DNA of 64,000 nucleotides. It comes from a virus. The translations under genes and the position numbers were made by a program. How positions within the stretch are numbered: position 1 is the first letter of the stretch; every line of letters begins with the position of its first letter. The stretch lies in IMG/VR virus record IMGVR_UViG_3300025732_000020, positions 32,001 through 96,000 of that record, one strand, 5' to 3'. The notes under the pieces were generated by a model that saw nothing but the letters and a program-made list of their open reading frames with translations, had not been told where the DNA came from and searched no databases. This document shows positions 27,037 through 36,940 of the stretch, piece by piece.

Positions 27037-29358
27037 ATGGCTACTATAAGACCTTTTATTATTAATGATGATCTACTCGTAAAGGGTGGGGATATAACTA
27101 CAGCTGGTACTACCAGTACTTTATTTACTACTGTTGCTACCACATTAAATATAGGAGAGGCTGCGACTACTATATCTATTGGCGCATCAACAGGCACCAC
27201 TACTATTAATAACAACTTAGTTGTAACCGGCAGTATATCAGGCACACTAAGTAGTAGTACTACATCAACTCAAGATGGTTATTTTGGAGATATTTACCTA
27301 TTTGATGATTCTACTCCATCGCATTATCTTCAAATAACTAATAGCGCCAATTTAACTGCAGCAAGAGTTCTAAGTATCAATGTCAATGATGCTAATAGAA
27401 CTGTTAGTTTGGCGGGTAATTTAACATTAGCAAATAATTTTACCACATCGGGTAACTTTGCTGTCACTTTAACTGCCACTGCTTCAACCAGCGTAACTTT
27501 ACCTACTGCCGGTACTCTTGCCACAACGGGCAACCTAAGTCAATTTGCAGCAACCACATCCGCACAACTTGCCGGAGTTATTTCCGATGAGACTGGATAT
27601 ACTACAAATGCTAAGTTAGTATTTTCAACATCTCCAACCTTTGAAACAAGTGTAGTAGCCGGTACGGCTTCCCTTGATGTATTTAATACCGTAGCTACTA
27701 CTGTCAATGCATTTGGGGCAGCAACAACACTTACTATTGGAGCTACTACCGGTACTACCACTATACGTAATAATCTTGCCATTAGTGGGGACTTACGTGT
27801 TGATGGAACAACTACCGTTGTAAATTCTACTGTTACTAGCATTGATGACCCCATCCTTACACTCGGAGGCGATACCTCAGTGGTGGAGGTAACTAAGGAT
27901 CGTGGTGTTGAATTTAAATATGCTGGCGAAACATTAACAATTTCTAGTTACACCGGTGCGGGTACAACTACGGTTACAGGAGCTGTTGCCTCTACTACTG
28001 GCTATGCGGCTGGTGATATAATCACAATCTCTGGAGCAACTGGAACTGAACAAGCCAAACTTAATGGTACTTGGATTATTGCCTCAGTACCCAACTCTAC
28101 TACATTTACATTTGTAGTTACTCAAACTGTTGCAGCTGGTGCACTAACAACTACTTTAGGTACAACAATTAAGTCGAAGAATGGATTCTTCGGTCTTGAT
28201 CAAAGTACCGGAAGGTTTACGTTTATTCCGCAATCCCTTAATTCATCTGAAGTATTCTCTGGTACGGTTGGTGATATTGATGTTAATAACGGATTCTTCG
28301 CTGGTGACATTGCGGTCAATGGCGGAGACATTACCACTACGGCCACCGGCGCTACAACTATTTTCAATGCCAATACTACCAACCTCAGTATTGGTGGCGC
28401 TGCAACGACATTAGCACTTGCAAATACTGGAACTGGCGCAAGAACAATTAATATTGCTACTACAGCATCTGCTGGAGCATCTACATTAACATTTGGTGGC
28501 GCTGTTAGTGGAAATACTTTAAAGGTTGCAAGTACTGCTGCTGGAACTGTAAACATAACCACTGATGTTACTACAGGAATCGCTAATATTTTCGCTTCAT
28601 TAACTACTGGTACTCTTAATCTTGCCACCGGTACTGGGGCATCTACCATCAATATTGGTGGGGCTGGCGGAAATGTTAACGTAGGTGCTGCAACAGGAAA
28701 CTCCGTATTAACAGTTTATGGTAATGGTACTGGCGGTACTGCTGCTGTTGCAACTAACGTAACTACTGGAATTGTCAATGCACTTACTGCACTAACTACC
28801 GGTACTCTTAATCTTGCTACCGGCGGAGCTTCAACTACAAATATTGGCGGTGCTGGCGGATTAGTATATATCGGTACTACTTCAGGAAACTCTACTCTAA
28901 CTGTAAGAGGTAATGGAACCACAGGCTCCACAACACTTGCAACCAACGTAACAACTGGTAGTGCTAATATCTTTACTAGTGTTACAGGAACTGTAAACAT
29001 CGGCGGACTCGCCTCAACGATTTATCTTGGCACCCAAGCTGCCGTTGAATCCTCAACTACTGCTCTTTCTACTACTACTCAATCGCCAGTTGATACATTC
29101 TCTGCAACTACTTTTAGAAGCGCTGAGTACCTCGTGCAGATTACTCAAGGTACAGAATATCAAATAAGCAAAATTTTGTTAGTTCATGATGGTACTAACG
29201 TCTATCTAACAGAGTATGGTACTATTACTGGACCTGGATCAAGTGCCTTATGCACTTTAGATGCTGATATTGCTACTGGATCTGTTAGACTTCTTGTGAC
29301 TATGGGCACTGCTACAGCGGCTGTTGTTAAAGCTTCTAGAACAGCAATAGTAGTATAA
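27037..29358 (+). CDS. Tail fibre protein (773 aa)
   Basis: Thr/Gly/Ala-rich repeats; C-terminal FRSAEYLVQITQG...LLVHDGTNVYLTEYG domain. Confidence 0.8.
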   Translation: MATIRPFIINDDLLVKGGDITTAGTTSTLFTTVATTLNIGEAATTISIGASTGTTTINNNLVVTGSISGTLSSSTTSTQDGYFGDIYLFDDSTPSHYLQITNSANLTAARVLSINVNDANRTVSLAGNLTLANNFTTSGNFAVTLTATASTSVTLPTAGTLATTGNLSQFAATTSAQLAGVISDETGYTTNAKLVFSTSPTFETSVVAGTASLDVFNTVATTVNAFGAATTLTIGATTGTTTIRNNLAISGDLRVDGTTTVVNSTVTSIDDPILTLGGDTSVVEVTKDRGVEFKYAGETLTISSYTGAGTTTVTGAVASTTGYAAGDIITISGATGTEQAKLNGTWIIASVPNSTTFTFVVTQTVAAGALTTTLGTTIKSKNGFFGLDQSTGRFTFIPQSLNSSEVFSGTVGDIDVNNGFFAGDIAVNGGDITTTATGATTIFNANTTNLSIGGAATTLALANTGTGARTINIATTASAGASTLTFGGAVSGNTLKVASTAAGTVNITTDVTTGIANIFASLTTGTLNLATGTGASTINIGGAGGNVNVGAATGNSVLTVYGNGTGGTAAVATNVTTGIVNALTALTTGTLNLATGGASTTNIGGAGGLVYIGTTSGNSTLTVRGNGTTGSTTLATNVTTGSANIFTSVTGTVNIGGLASTIYLGTQAAVESSTTALSTTTQSPVDTFSATTFRSAEYLVQITQGTEYQISKILLVHDGTNVYLTEYGTITGPGSSALCTLDADIATGSVRLLVTMGTATAAVVKASRTAIVV

Positions 29359-29404
29359 TAATCATTAATACTTACCACTTCATTATCAAAAAACTATAGA
29401 GTAA

Positions 29405-32400
29405 ATGGCAAATAAAAGAGACTTCGTAATCGGTTATGGCCTACGAGCTGATAAATCTGTAGGAGCCACAGATACTCTTACAGTTGATTATATTAATGAT
29501 AAGGTAGGTATTGGCACCTCTAGTCCTAGTGAAAGACTTCATGTTTCTGGTAATGCTCTTGTTACAGGAGACTTAACTGTAAACGGAACTATTAACTTCT
29601 CAACTTCGCAGATTTCTTCGATCGTCCAAGGTAATAGTTCTGTTTCAGTTGCTGATACCGGATCCAATGGGACAATAACTCTTACCACTGAGGGCGTGTC
29701 TAGACTAACAGTAAGTTCTGCGGGTACGGTCACAATGGGTGGCGGTATGAATCTAGGTGCTGAATTAAACTTCACTACGGCGAGTAATAAATACATAGAT
29801 TTTTATACCGATAATGATAGTGGGGTACTCTCTACTGCGTATCTTAGACTTGTTAATACCGCCTCTACGACCTTTCACAATGCCATTACAATGGCAAGAG
29901 GTGGAGCCGTTACTCTCTATCATAATAATGCTTCTAAACTCGCAACAACCTCCACTGGTGTTGATATTACCGGTGATCTAACAGTATCTGGCGGAGATAT
30001 TACAGCTGGTAACGTTGCAGCTTCGCTATTTGCTGGAAACACCACAACTAACATTACCATAGGTTCTGGACTGACCACAGGAACATTCACCGCGGGAGCA
30101 ACTGGTTCAACCGGAGCGGTGTCCCTCTTCCCAGCAACAGGCACTCAGAACATCACGTTTGGTGGAGCGACGACTGGAACGATTACTATTGGTTCTACTT
30201 CGGCCACTGCTGTTCAGTTACCAACAGGTAAAACTAAGATTGGTCAAACAACACTAGTACAAGGCGGTGCGGTAAGTATTACTTTGCCAACTTTAGCAGG
30301 TACTCTTGCTATTACATCAGAAATTTTATCTAGTTCTACTACATCAACTCAATCAGGATACTTTGGAGATATCTTTTTATATGATGACTCTACTCCATCG
30401 CATTATTTACAAGTAACTAATAGTGCAAACCTAACTGCTGCTAGATCATTAAGCATCAACGTTAATGATGCTAATAGAATTGTTTCACTTTCTGGAGATT
30501 TAACTGTATCTGCAGCAGCTACCGTATCTGGAACCAACACTGGAGATCAAACTATCACCTTAACTGGCGATGTTACTGGCAGTGGTACTGGTTCCTTTGC
30601 TGCTACTATTGGCAATAGCACAGTAACATTTGCTAAAATGCAAAACAGTTTAGCTACTGGATTATCTGTCATTGGCAGAAGTACCAATAGTGCTGGCGTT
30701 TTTGCTGAGATATCCGCTGGTTCAGATGGCCATGTTCTACGAAGATCTGGAACTACACTTGCATTTGGAACTTTAACGCTAGAAAACCTTCCTGATGCGT
30801 GGGTAAAACGTACAGTTAAAGCTTCAACAACTGCAGATTTAGCAGCAGCAAGTTCTACTACAACAACTTTAACTGGAACTTTAGTAGCATTCCCCGCTCA
30901 AGATGGAGTTACTATTTCTGTAGGGGATAGACTATTAGTTAAGAATCAAACTACTGCAGCACAAAATGGTATCTATACACTAACTACTGCTGGTGTTGCT
31001 GGAACTACAGCATGGGTATTGACACGAGCAACTGACGCTGACAATTCTGGCGAGTTAGCTGGAGCTACAGTTTCTGTTGACCAGGGAACTACTCAAGGTG
31101 GATTTATATATGATACTAATTTTAAGACTACAGATACATTAGGAACCACAGCTTGTAATTTTAGTCGTATTCTTGATACTGGAGCTGTATCAGGTGATGC
31201 TACAGTAGCAAATAGTGGTGCATTAACTATTGCTAATAATGCAGTAACTTTTGCTAAGATTCAGAACAGTGCTGCAGCTGGTTTATCTGTCATTGGTAGA
31301 AGTGCTAACTCTGCTGGAGTATTTGCAGAAATAAATGCTGGTACAGATGGTCACGTTTTAAGAAGGTCTGGTACTGCAATAGGTTTTGGAGAGATTGCGA
31401 CTGCAGGTATTGCTAACTCAGCTGTAACATTCGCTAAGATTCAGAACAGTGCTGCAGCTGGTTTATCCGTAATTGGCAGAAGTGCAAATAGTGCGGGAGT
31501 TTTTGCAGAGATTGCTGCAGGTACAGATGGCCATGTACTATATCGTGCATCTAGCACTTCGTTGACATTTGGACAATTACCAACTGCAAGTATTGCTGAT
31601 GATGCAATAACTTATGCCAAAATTCAAAACGTATCTGCAACAGATAGATTACTTGGAAGAAGTACTGCTGGTGCAGGTGTAGTTGAAGAAATTACATGTA
31701 CTGCTGCTGGCAGAGCACTTCTAGATGATGCTGATGCTGCCGCACAAAGAACTACTTTAGGATTAGGAACAATTGCTACACAAGCATCAAATAATGTTTC
31801 TATTACTGGTGGTTCTGTAACTGGTATTACTGATATAACTCTTGCTGATGGTGGAACTAATGCATCACTAACTGCAATTAATGGTGGTGTAGTATGGTCC
31901 AATGCTACACAACTCCAAATTAGTGCTGCAGGTTCTCCTGGACAATTCTTAAAATCCAATGGTGCTGCTGCTCCTGCATGGACAACTCTAGAGATGAGTG
32001 ATATTCCTGGAGCAGTCTACAAAAAGTCAGTAAAAGCTGCTACCACTGCGGATCTAGGGACAGTTACATACGCTAACGGAACTGCTGGAGTTGGTGCAAC
32101 TATTACTGGACCAACTGGTGCTTCTGCAGTTGTATTCCCCACTCAGGATGGAGTTACTATCGCACTAAATGATAGAATTCTTGTTAAAGACCAGACAACA
32201 GCTGCTCAAAATGGTATCTATACACTCACAACAGTTGGTGTTGCTGGTACAACAGCATGGGTACTAACAAGAGCAACAGATGCAGATACTAATACAGAAA
32301 TAGGAGCTGCTGTTGTCGCTGTTGACCAAGGAACAACTAATGGAGGAGAACTTTGGACAACAAACTTCAAACCTATAGATACCGTTGGAACAACGGCAAT

Positions 32401-35400
32401 GGCCTGGAACGAAGTTATATATAATAACTTCTCTAGTCCTACTTTCTCTGGTACACTTACAACTGGTTCAACAATAACCGCTGGTAATACTCCTATATCT
32501 ATTTACCCTGGAAATACGACCACCAACATAACTATAGGCTCTGGTCTAACCACGGGTACGTTTACCGTTGGCGCTACTGGTTCTACAGGAGCAGTGTCCC
32601 TCTTCCCAGCAACTGGAGGACAATCAATTACCTTGGGCGGTGCAACTACAGGAACAATTACTATTGGTTCCACCTCTGCAGCGGCAGTCCAATTACCCAC
32701 TGGGAGAACTAAGATTGGCACATCAACCTTAGTTCAAGGATCTGCATTTACATACAGTTTACCGACAGTAACTTCAAGCTCAACTCTCGCAGTATCCAAC
32801 GTTGGTCTAAGTCAATTTGCATCTACAACTTCTGCTGAACTTGCTGGGGTTATTTCCGATGAGACTGGTACTGGTGCTCTAGTATTTGGTACATCACCAG
32901 CATTCACCACAAGTATAACAACTGGATCTACATCATTTGATTTAATCAATACAACAGCCGCTACAGTTAACTTTGCTGGTGGGGCGACTGCCCTAACAAT
33001 TGGTGCTACAGCTGGTACAACGACTATCAGAACTCCAATAACATCACTAAGTGGAGACCTTCAAGTTAATGGCGGAGATATAACAACAACTTCAACTGTT
33101 GGCACGTTATTTGATACAACTGCAACTACAGTTGATGCATTTGGCGCTGCGACATCGTTAAGTATTGGACATGATGGAACTAGTGCTTCTACGACCAATA
33201 TTGCAACTGGAGCATTAACTACTGGAACAAAAACTTTAAATATTGGTACTGGAGGTACTGGTACATCAACTACTAATATTAACCTTGGATCGCAAACTAG
33301 TGGTTCTAGAACTATTTCACAATCTGCAACAAATAATTTAAATAATCCAACTGTAATAGGATCTTCTACAGATGAAGCTCTTCGTGGGCCAATAGTTACA
33401 CTTACAACAACACCAACTGCTGGTGGAACTGGATATAGAGACGGTGTTAATACTTTTACTGTGTCTGGTGGAACTGGAACTTTAGCACAAGTTACATGTC
33501 TTGTAGGTGGAGGCGTAGTATTAAGTGTAGTTTCTACTCCAGTAGATGAAGGGAGAGGATATACTGCATCAGATTCAATAACTATAGGCACTCCTACTAC
33601 AACTATTGCAACTACTGCAGCATCTGGAACTGGAACTACTGCTACTATATCATTTGCAGCACAGTCTCAACTTGCTACTGTTACCGCATCTGGAACTGGA
33701 ACTGTAGCGACATTGACATTTGCAACACAAACATTAGCTCCATATCCAGTAGGGTCTACAATAACAGTATCTGGAGTAACTCCAACTGGATATAATGGAA
33801 CGTATACAGTCACTGCAAGTTCAGTTAATTCAGTTTCGTATGCAAATGCTACAACTGGAGCACAGACAGTAGCAGGCACAATATCAATTGTTCCATTTGT
33901 AGTTAATGGTAAAATAACAGTATCTGGAGTAACTCCAACTGGATATAATGCAACCAATGCAATTGTTACTGCATGTACTGCAACAAGTGTGTCATATGCA
34001 AATGCTACAACTGGAGCACAGATAGCAGCAGGAGTTATTCAGCAGGGAACTGCTCTATCCAACGCTACCATAACAGTATCCAGTGTTAGGCAGGCTGGAC
34101 TTCAAATTATAAACAATTCATATCCAAGACTAAGATTAGAAAATACTTCAACTACTGTAGGTACTGGAACCGAACTTGGATCAGTATTGTTTGGATGTAG
34201 AGACGCAAGTACTGGAGGTTCTGGAGATAAAGGAAGAATTATTGGTGTAGCAGAAAATAGTTCTGGTGGAGCAACAATTCAAGTTTGGACTTCAGACAAT
34301 GCAAATGAACCTACATTATGTGCTGCTTTTGGTGGAAATAATGACTTTAGATTATATAATTCTGCGGGAACTTATTTTCATGCATTCACTAATAATCCAA
34401 CAGGAGGAAATAGAACAATTTCTCTTCCTGATGCAAATATAACGTTTGCAGATGCATTTACAACATCTGGTGCTTTCCCACTAACATTAACCACTACTGC
34501 ATCAACCAATGTAACTTTACCTACTACAGGTACTCTTGCAACATTAGCTGGATCTGAAACATTAACTAATAAAACTTTAACAGCTCCTAGAATCACATCA
34601 GCATCTAGCATTGCCGATGCAAACGGTAATCAGTTGATTCTATTCCCTGCAACAGTTGCTTCTGCGGTTAACGAAATTACCATATCTAACGCTACTTTTT
34701 TTGGTGCTCCATCTATTAGCGCAACTGGTGATGATACCAACATTAACCTAAGTTTAAATGCAAAAGGTACAGGTAGAGTTACTGTTGGTTCAACTGGTCT
34801 TGGCATTAGAGATACTTCTGCTGCTTTTGATGTTACTCTTGTTGCCACTTCATCTACTCCTTTAACTGTTAACAGACAACTCACAATAGACGTTGTAAAC
34901 GCAGCTAGAACTATCAAGCTTGCTGGTAACTTAGATATAGCAAATAACTTCACAACTTCTGGAAACAATGCTCTAACATTAACAACAACTGCTGGCACTA
35001 ACGTTACTTTACCAACGTCTGGAACATTAGCAACCTTAGGCGGTGCGGAGACATTCAGTGGAGTCAAGACATTTACTGCAAACCCAAGATTAAATGATCT
35101 TATTAAACTTGAAGTTGGTACTAATGCCGATCTCTCATTGTATCACGATGGATCTAATAATTATATAGATACTACTTTAGGAAATCTTATAATAAGAGAT
35201 GGTACTACACAAAGAGTTCTCTTTGAAAGAACTACTGGCAGTCTGGCTCTAGGCGGCGTTACAACTCCAACTGCGAAGTTGCATCTGCCTGCAGGAGTAG
35301 CCACTGCAAGCGGAGCCCCATTAAAAATCGATAGTGGCGTAGTTTTAGCCACCCCAGAGGCTGACGCACTTGAATACGACGGAGTACTTCTCTATCACAC

Positions 35401-35905
35401 TCAAAATGACGCAACAAACGGGAATAAACGTGCAATCATCCCAGAATTTCAGTACATCAGAAGAAGTACTGATGTTTCTATCACAGCAGTAGCTTCTCCA
35501 GGCACGTCGATGTTCGGAGCGACTCTTAGACCAGCGTTAGTAGCCGGAAGGGTCTATGAAGTTGAGGCAGTAATATTTGCTCGGAAAGATACAAATGCTG
35601 GAACGATTACAATTCAAGCTTCGTTAAGCACGGGAACTTTTACTTTCTGTAGTCTACAGTGTAATAATGCTGCTACTTCTGTAGCTATAAATCAAACTGC
35701 TAGCCCAACAAATATAGTTACTACAGCCTCAGTTGCTGTAGCCCAGCAATTTGGAGTTACAATAAGAGGCCTAGTTGTGGCTGCGTCTAATGCAAGACTG
35801 GATCTATTGGCGTACGGATCTACGACAGCCTTAACAATACACTCGAGTTCTTTTATGAAAATAACTTGTCTGGGGACAGGGACTAGTTCTGGTAACTTTG
35901 GATAA
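29405..35905 (+). CDS. Long tail fibre protein (2166 aa)
   Basis: Very Thr/Gly/Ala-rich with multiple internal repeats; KVGIGTSSPSERLHVSGN, QTTAAQNGIY (x2), SETLTNKTLTAP motifs. Confidence 0.85.
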   Translation: MANKRDFVIGYGLRADKSVGATDTLTVDYINDKVGIGTSSPSERLHVSGNALVTGDLTVNGTINFSTSQISSIVQGNSSVSVADTGSNGTITLTTEGVSRLTVSSAGTVTMGGGMNLGAELNFTTASNKYIDFYTDNDSGVLSTAYLRLVNTASTTFHNAITMARGGAVTLYHNNASKLATTSTGVDITGDLTVSGGDITAGNVAASLFAGNTTTNITIGSGLTTGTFTAGATGSTGAVSLFPATGTQNITFGGATTGTITIGSTSATAVQLPTGKTKIGQTTLVQGGAVSITLPTLAGTLAITSEILSSSTTSTQSGYFGDIFLYDDSTPSHYLQVTNSANLTAARSLSINVNDANRIVSLSGDLTVSAAATVSGTNTGDQTITLTGDVTGSGTGSFAATIGNSTVTFAKMQNSLATGLSVIGRSTNSAGVFAEISAGSDGHVLRRSGTTLAFGTLTLENLPDAWVKRTVKASTTADLAAASSTTTTLTGTLVAFPAQDGVTISVGDRLLVKNQTTAAQNGIYTLTTAGVAGTTAWVLTRATDADNSGELAGATVSVDQGTTQGGFIYDTNFKTTDTLGTTACNFSRILDTGAVSGDATVANSGALTIANNAVTFAKIQNSAAAGLSVIGRSANSAGVFAEINAGTDGHVLRRSGTAIGFGEIATAGIANSAVTFAKIQNSAAAGLSVIGRSANSAGVFAEIAAGTDGHVLYRASSTSLTFGQLPTASIADDAITYAKIQNVSATDRLLGRSTAGAGVVEEITCTAAGRALLDDADAAAQRTTLGLGTIATQASNNVSITGGSVTGITDITLADGGTNASLTAINGGVVWSNATQLQISAAGSPGQFLKSNGAAAPAWTTLEMSDIPGAVYKKSVKAATTADLGTVTYANGTAGVGATITGPTGASAVVFPTQDGVTIALNDRILVKDQTTAAQNGIYTLTTVGVAGTTAWVLTRATDADTNTEIGAAVVAVDQGTTNGGELWTTNFKPIDTVGTTAMAWNEVIYNNFSSPTFSGTLTTGSTITAGNTPISIYPGNTTTNITIGSGLTTGTFTVGATGSTGAVSLFPATGGQSITLGGATTGTITIGSTSAAAVQLPTGRTKIGTSTLVQGSAFTYSLPTVTSSSTLAVSNVGLSQFASTTSAELAGVISDETGTGALVFGTSPAFTTSITTGSTSFDLINTTAATVNFAGGATALTIGATAGTTTIRTPITSLSGDLQVNGGDITTTSTVGTLFDTTATTVDAFGAATSLSIGHDGTSASTTNIATGALTTGTKTLNIGTGGTGTSTTNINLGSQTSGSRTISQSATNNLNNPTVIGSSTDEALRGPIVTLTTTPTAGGTGYRDGVNTFTVSGGTGTLAQVTCLVGGGVVLSVVSTPVDEGRGYTASDSITIGTPTTTIATTAASGTGTTATISFAAQSQLATVTASGTGTVATLTFATQTLAPYPVGSTITVSGVTPTGYNGTYTVTASSVNSVSYANATTGAQTVAGTISIVPFVVNGKITVSGVTPTGYNATNAIVTACTATSVSYANATTGAQIAAGVIQQGTALSNATITVSSVRQAGLQIINNSYPRLRLENTSTTVGTGTELGSVLFGCRDASTGGSGDKGRIIGVAENSSGGATIQVWTSDNANEPTLCAAFGGNNDFRLYNSAGTYFHAFTNNPTGGNRTISLPDANITFADAFTTSGAFPLTLTTTASTNVTLPTTGTLATLAGSETLTNKTLTAPRITSASSIADANGNQLILFPATVASAVNEITISNATFFGAPSISATGDDTNINLSLNAKGTGRVTVGSTGLGIRDTSAAFDVTLVATSSTPLTVNRQLTIDVVNAARTIKLAGNLDIANNFTTSGNNALTLTTTAGTNVTLPTSGTLATLGGAETFSGVKTFTANPRLNDLIKLEVGTNADLSLYHDGSNNYIDTTLGNLIIRDGTTQRVLFERTTGSLALGGVTTPTAKLHLPAGVATASGAPLKIDSGVVLATPEADALEYDGVLLYHTQNDATNGNKRAIIPEFQYIRRSTDVSITAVASPGTSMFGATLRPALVAGRVYEVEAVIFARKDTNAGTITIQASLSTGTFTFCSLQCNNAATSVAINQTASPTNIVTTASVAVAQQFGVTIRGLVVAASNARLDLLAYGSTTALTIHSSSFMKITCLGTGTSSGNFG
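33760..33950 (+). repeat. Exact 38-bp direct repeat pair within the long fibre gene
   Basis: AATAACAGTATCTGGAGTAACTCCAACTGGATATAATG at 33760-33797 and 33913-33950; also an exact 28-bp pair at 33839-33866 and 33995-34022. Confidence 0.85.
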
Positions 35906-35961
35906 TATTTGACTTAGTAGAACAATCCGAACCTTGACTGGTTCCCAAAACTGGATTTTTA

Positions 35962-35968
35962 GTTTAAA
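35962..35968 (+). promoter_or_regulatory. GTTTAAA motif
   Basis: Intergenic, upstream of the ATG at 36015. Confidence 0.5.
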
Positions 35969-36014
35969 ATAGATCTGTACACGCAATAAATTGCAACCAC
36001 ATAAACGTTTATTT

Positions 36015-36257
36015 ATGGAACCCACCGCACTTAAGGAAAACTTTACCACCCAGCTGGAAAAACTCGAAAAAGAGATTGGTCAACTCCGTACCGCCCTGGC
36101 CCAACGCCAAGAGCTCGCAATCAAACTCCAAGGCGCTATTGAAGCCATGCAACTTCAACTTGGTGAGGAACCCGGTCAAAGCGGCGCCGAGGGTGACGTA
36201 GTCGCCGATGCCGTAGCCGAGGTGGTGCCAGGTGAAGCAGCTACCGGCGCTGCTTGA
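36015..36257 (+). CDS. Small coiled-coil protein, possible fibre chaperone
   Basis: First ATG at 36015; heptads LEKLEKEIGQLRTALAQRQELAIKLQGAIEAM; follows the long fibre gene. Confidence 0.65.
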   Translation: MEPTALKENFTTQLEKLEKEIGQLRTALAQRQELAIKLQGAIEAMQLQLGEEPGQSGAEGDVVADAVAEVVPGEAATGAA

Positions 36258-36264
36258 TATAAGT

Positions 36265-36290
36265 GGGTTATACTCCTTCGGAGTAAACCC
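36265..36290. terminator. Stem-loop downstream of ORF 36015-36257
   Basis: GGGTT-A-TACTCC-TTC-GGAGTA-AACCC. Confidence 0.5.
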
Positions 36291-36313
36291 AAGTCCAACT
36301 CAATAAGAAAATA

Positions 36314-36349
36314 GCGGGAAGGGAACCATGTTCCCTAGTCCGCCTTTTT
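36314..36349. terminator. Intrinsic terminator between convergent genes
   Basis: GCGG..AGGGAA-CCATG-TTCCCT..CCGC followed by CTTTTT; A-rich run upstream, so possibly bidirectional. Confidence 0.6.
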
Positions 36350-36611
36350 ATTGCTTAAATACAACCTCAGACTCGGAGTTCTTGGGATTACGTCTTCCTC
36401 CCGCCATATCAATCCGCCGAATCTTCATCCCCAGATCATAATACTCATCAAAAATATCCACCCTCCTTCCTTTAACAATATCACTTATTACTCTCCCGCC
36501 TTCTTCTTCTTCTGAATAGAAGATGACATAGCAATCATTGGTCAAATATTTAACATCTACCTGACCAAACTCAACATCCTCGGCGATTACTTTTATTTTA
36601 CTTTTTGACAT
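36348..36611 (-). CDS. Small hypothetical protein of a type I recall from cyanophages
   Basis: VDVKYLTNDCYVIFY...VDIFDEYYD...IDMAGGRRNPK; the family resemblance is from memory only. Confidence 0.6.
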   Translation of the reverse strand: MSKSKIKVIAEDVEFGQVDVKYLTNDCYVIFYSEEEEGGRVISDIVKGRRVDIFDEYYDLGMKIRRIDMAGGRRNPKNSESEVVFKQ

Positions 36612-36940
36612 CTTTCAGCAACCTCCAAGACTCTATCGATAAATCTCCGAACCATTTTTGCATCGGCAGGAACTATATCATCTTCGCCATAGTCGGTAAA
36701 GATTGACAAGTCAAATAGAGTTGGAAGATCAAATCTTGCACTAGAGGGATCAGGCCATCCGGTGGAGATGTATGAAAGAAACTCTTCTCTCATTGCACGA
36801 GGTATGAACCTCCCGCCGATTAACTGCCAAATCCCACCGTCCCAACAGAAAATATCTCCGTTAGCAAGAACCACTGTATCACCTGGAAGTTTTGACTCAG
36901 GGAATTGGGCATTACCGCCCCTTAGTCTGGTAATAATCAT
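36593..36940 (-). CDS. Hypothetical protein
   Basis: 115 aa ORF, TGATG-coupled to the upstream small ORF. Confidence 0.6.
   Translation of the reverse strand: MIITRLRGGNAQFPESKLPGDTVVLANGDIFCWDGGIWQLIGGRFIPRAMREEFLSYISTGWPDPSSARFDLPTLFDLSIFTDYGEDDIVPADAKMVRRFIDRVLEVAERCQKVK

Noticed and set aside
8638-35352. Many Val/Pro/Ala-rich antisense ORFs (e.g. 8638-9000, 28200-28652, 33061-33591, 34630-35067)
   Set aside because: Expected artefacts: ACT/GCT/GGT-rich fibre codons give few stops on the opposite strand; no RBS or independent motifs.
35906-36014. Possible tRNA in the gap after the long fibre gene
   Set aside because: No acceptor stem or properly placed T-loop; the gap contains the GTTTAAA motif instead.
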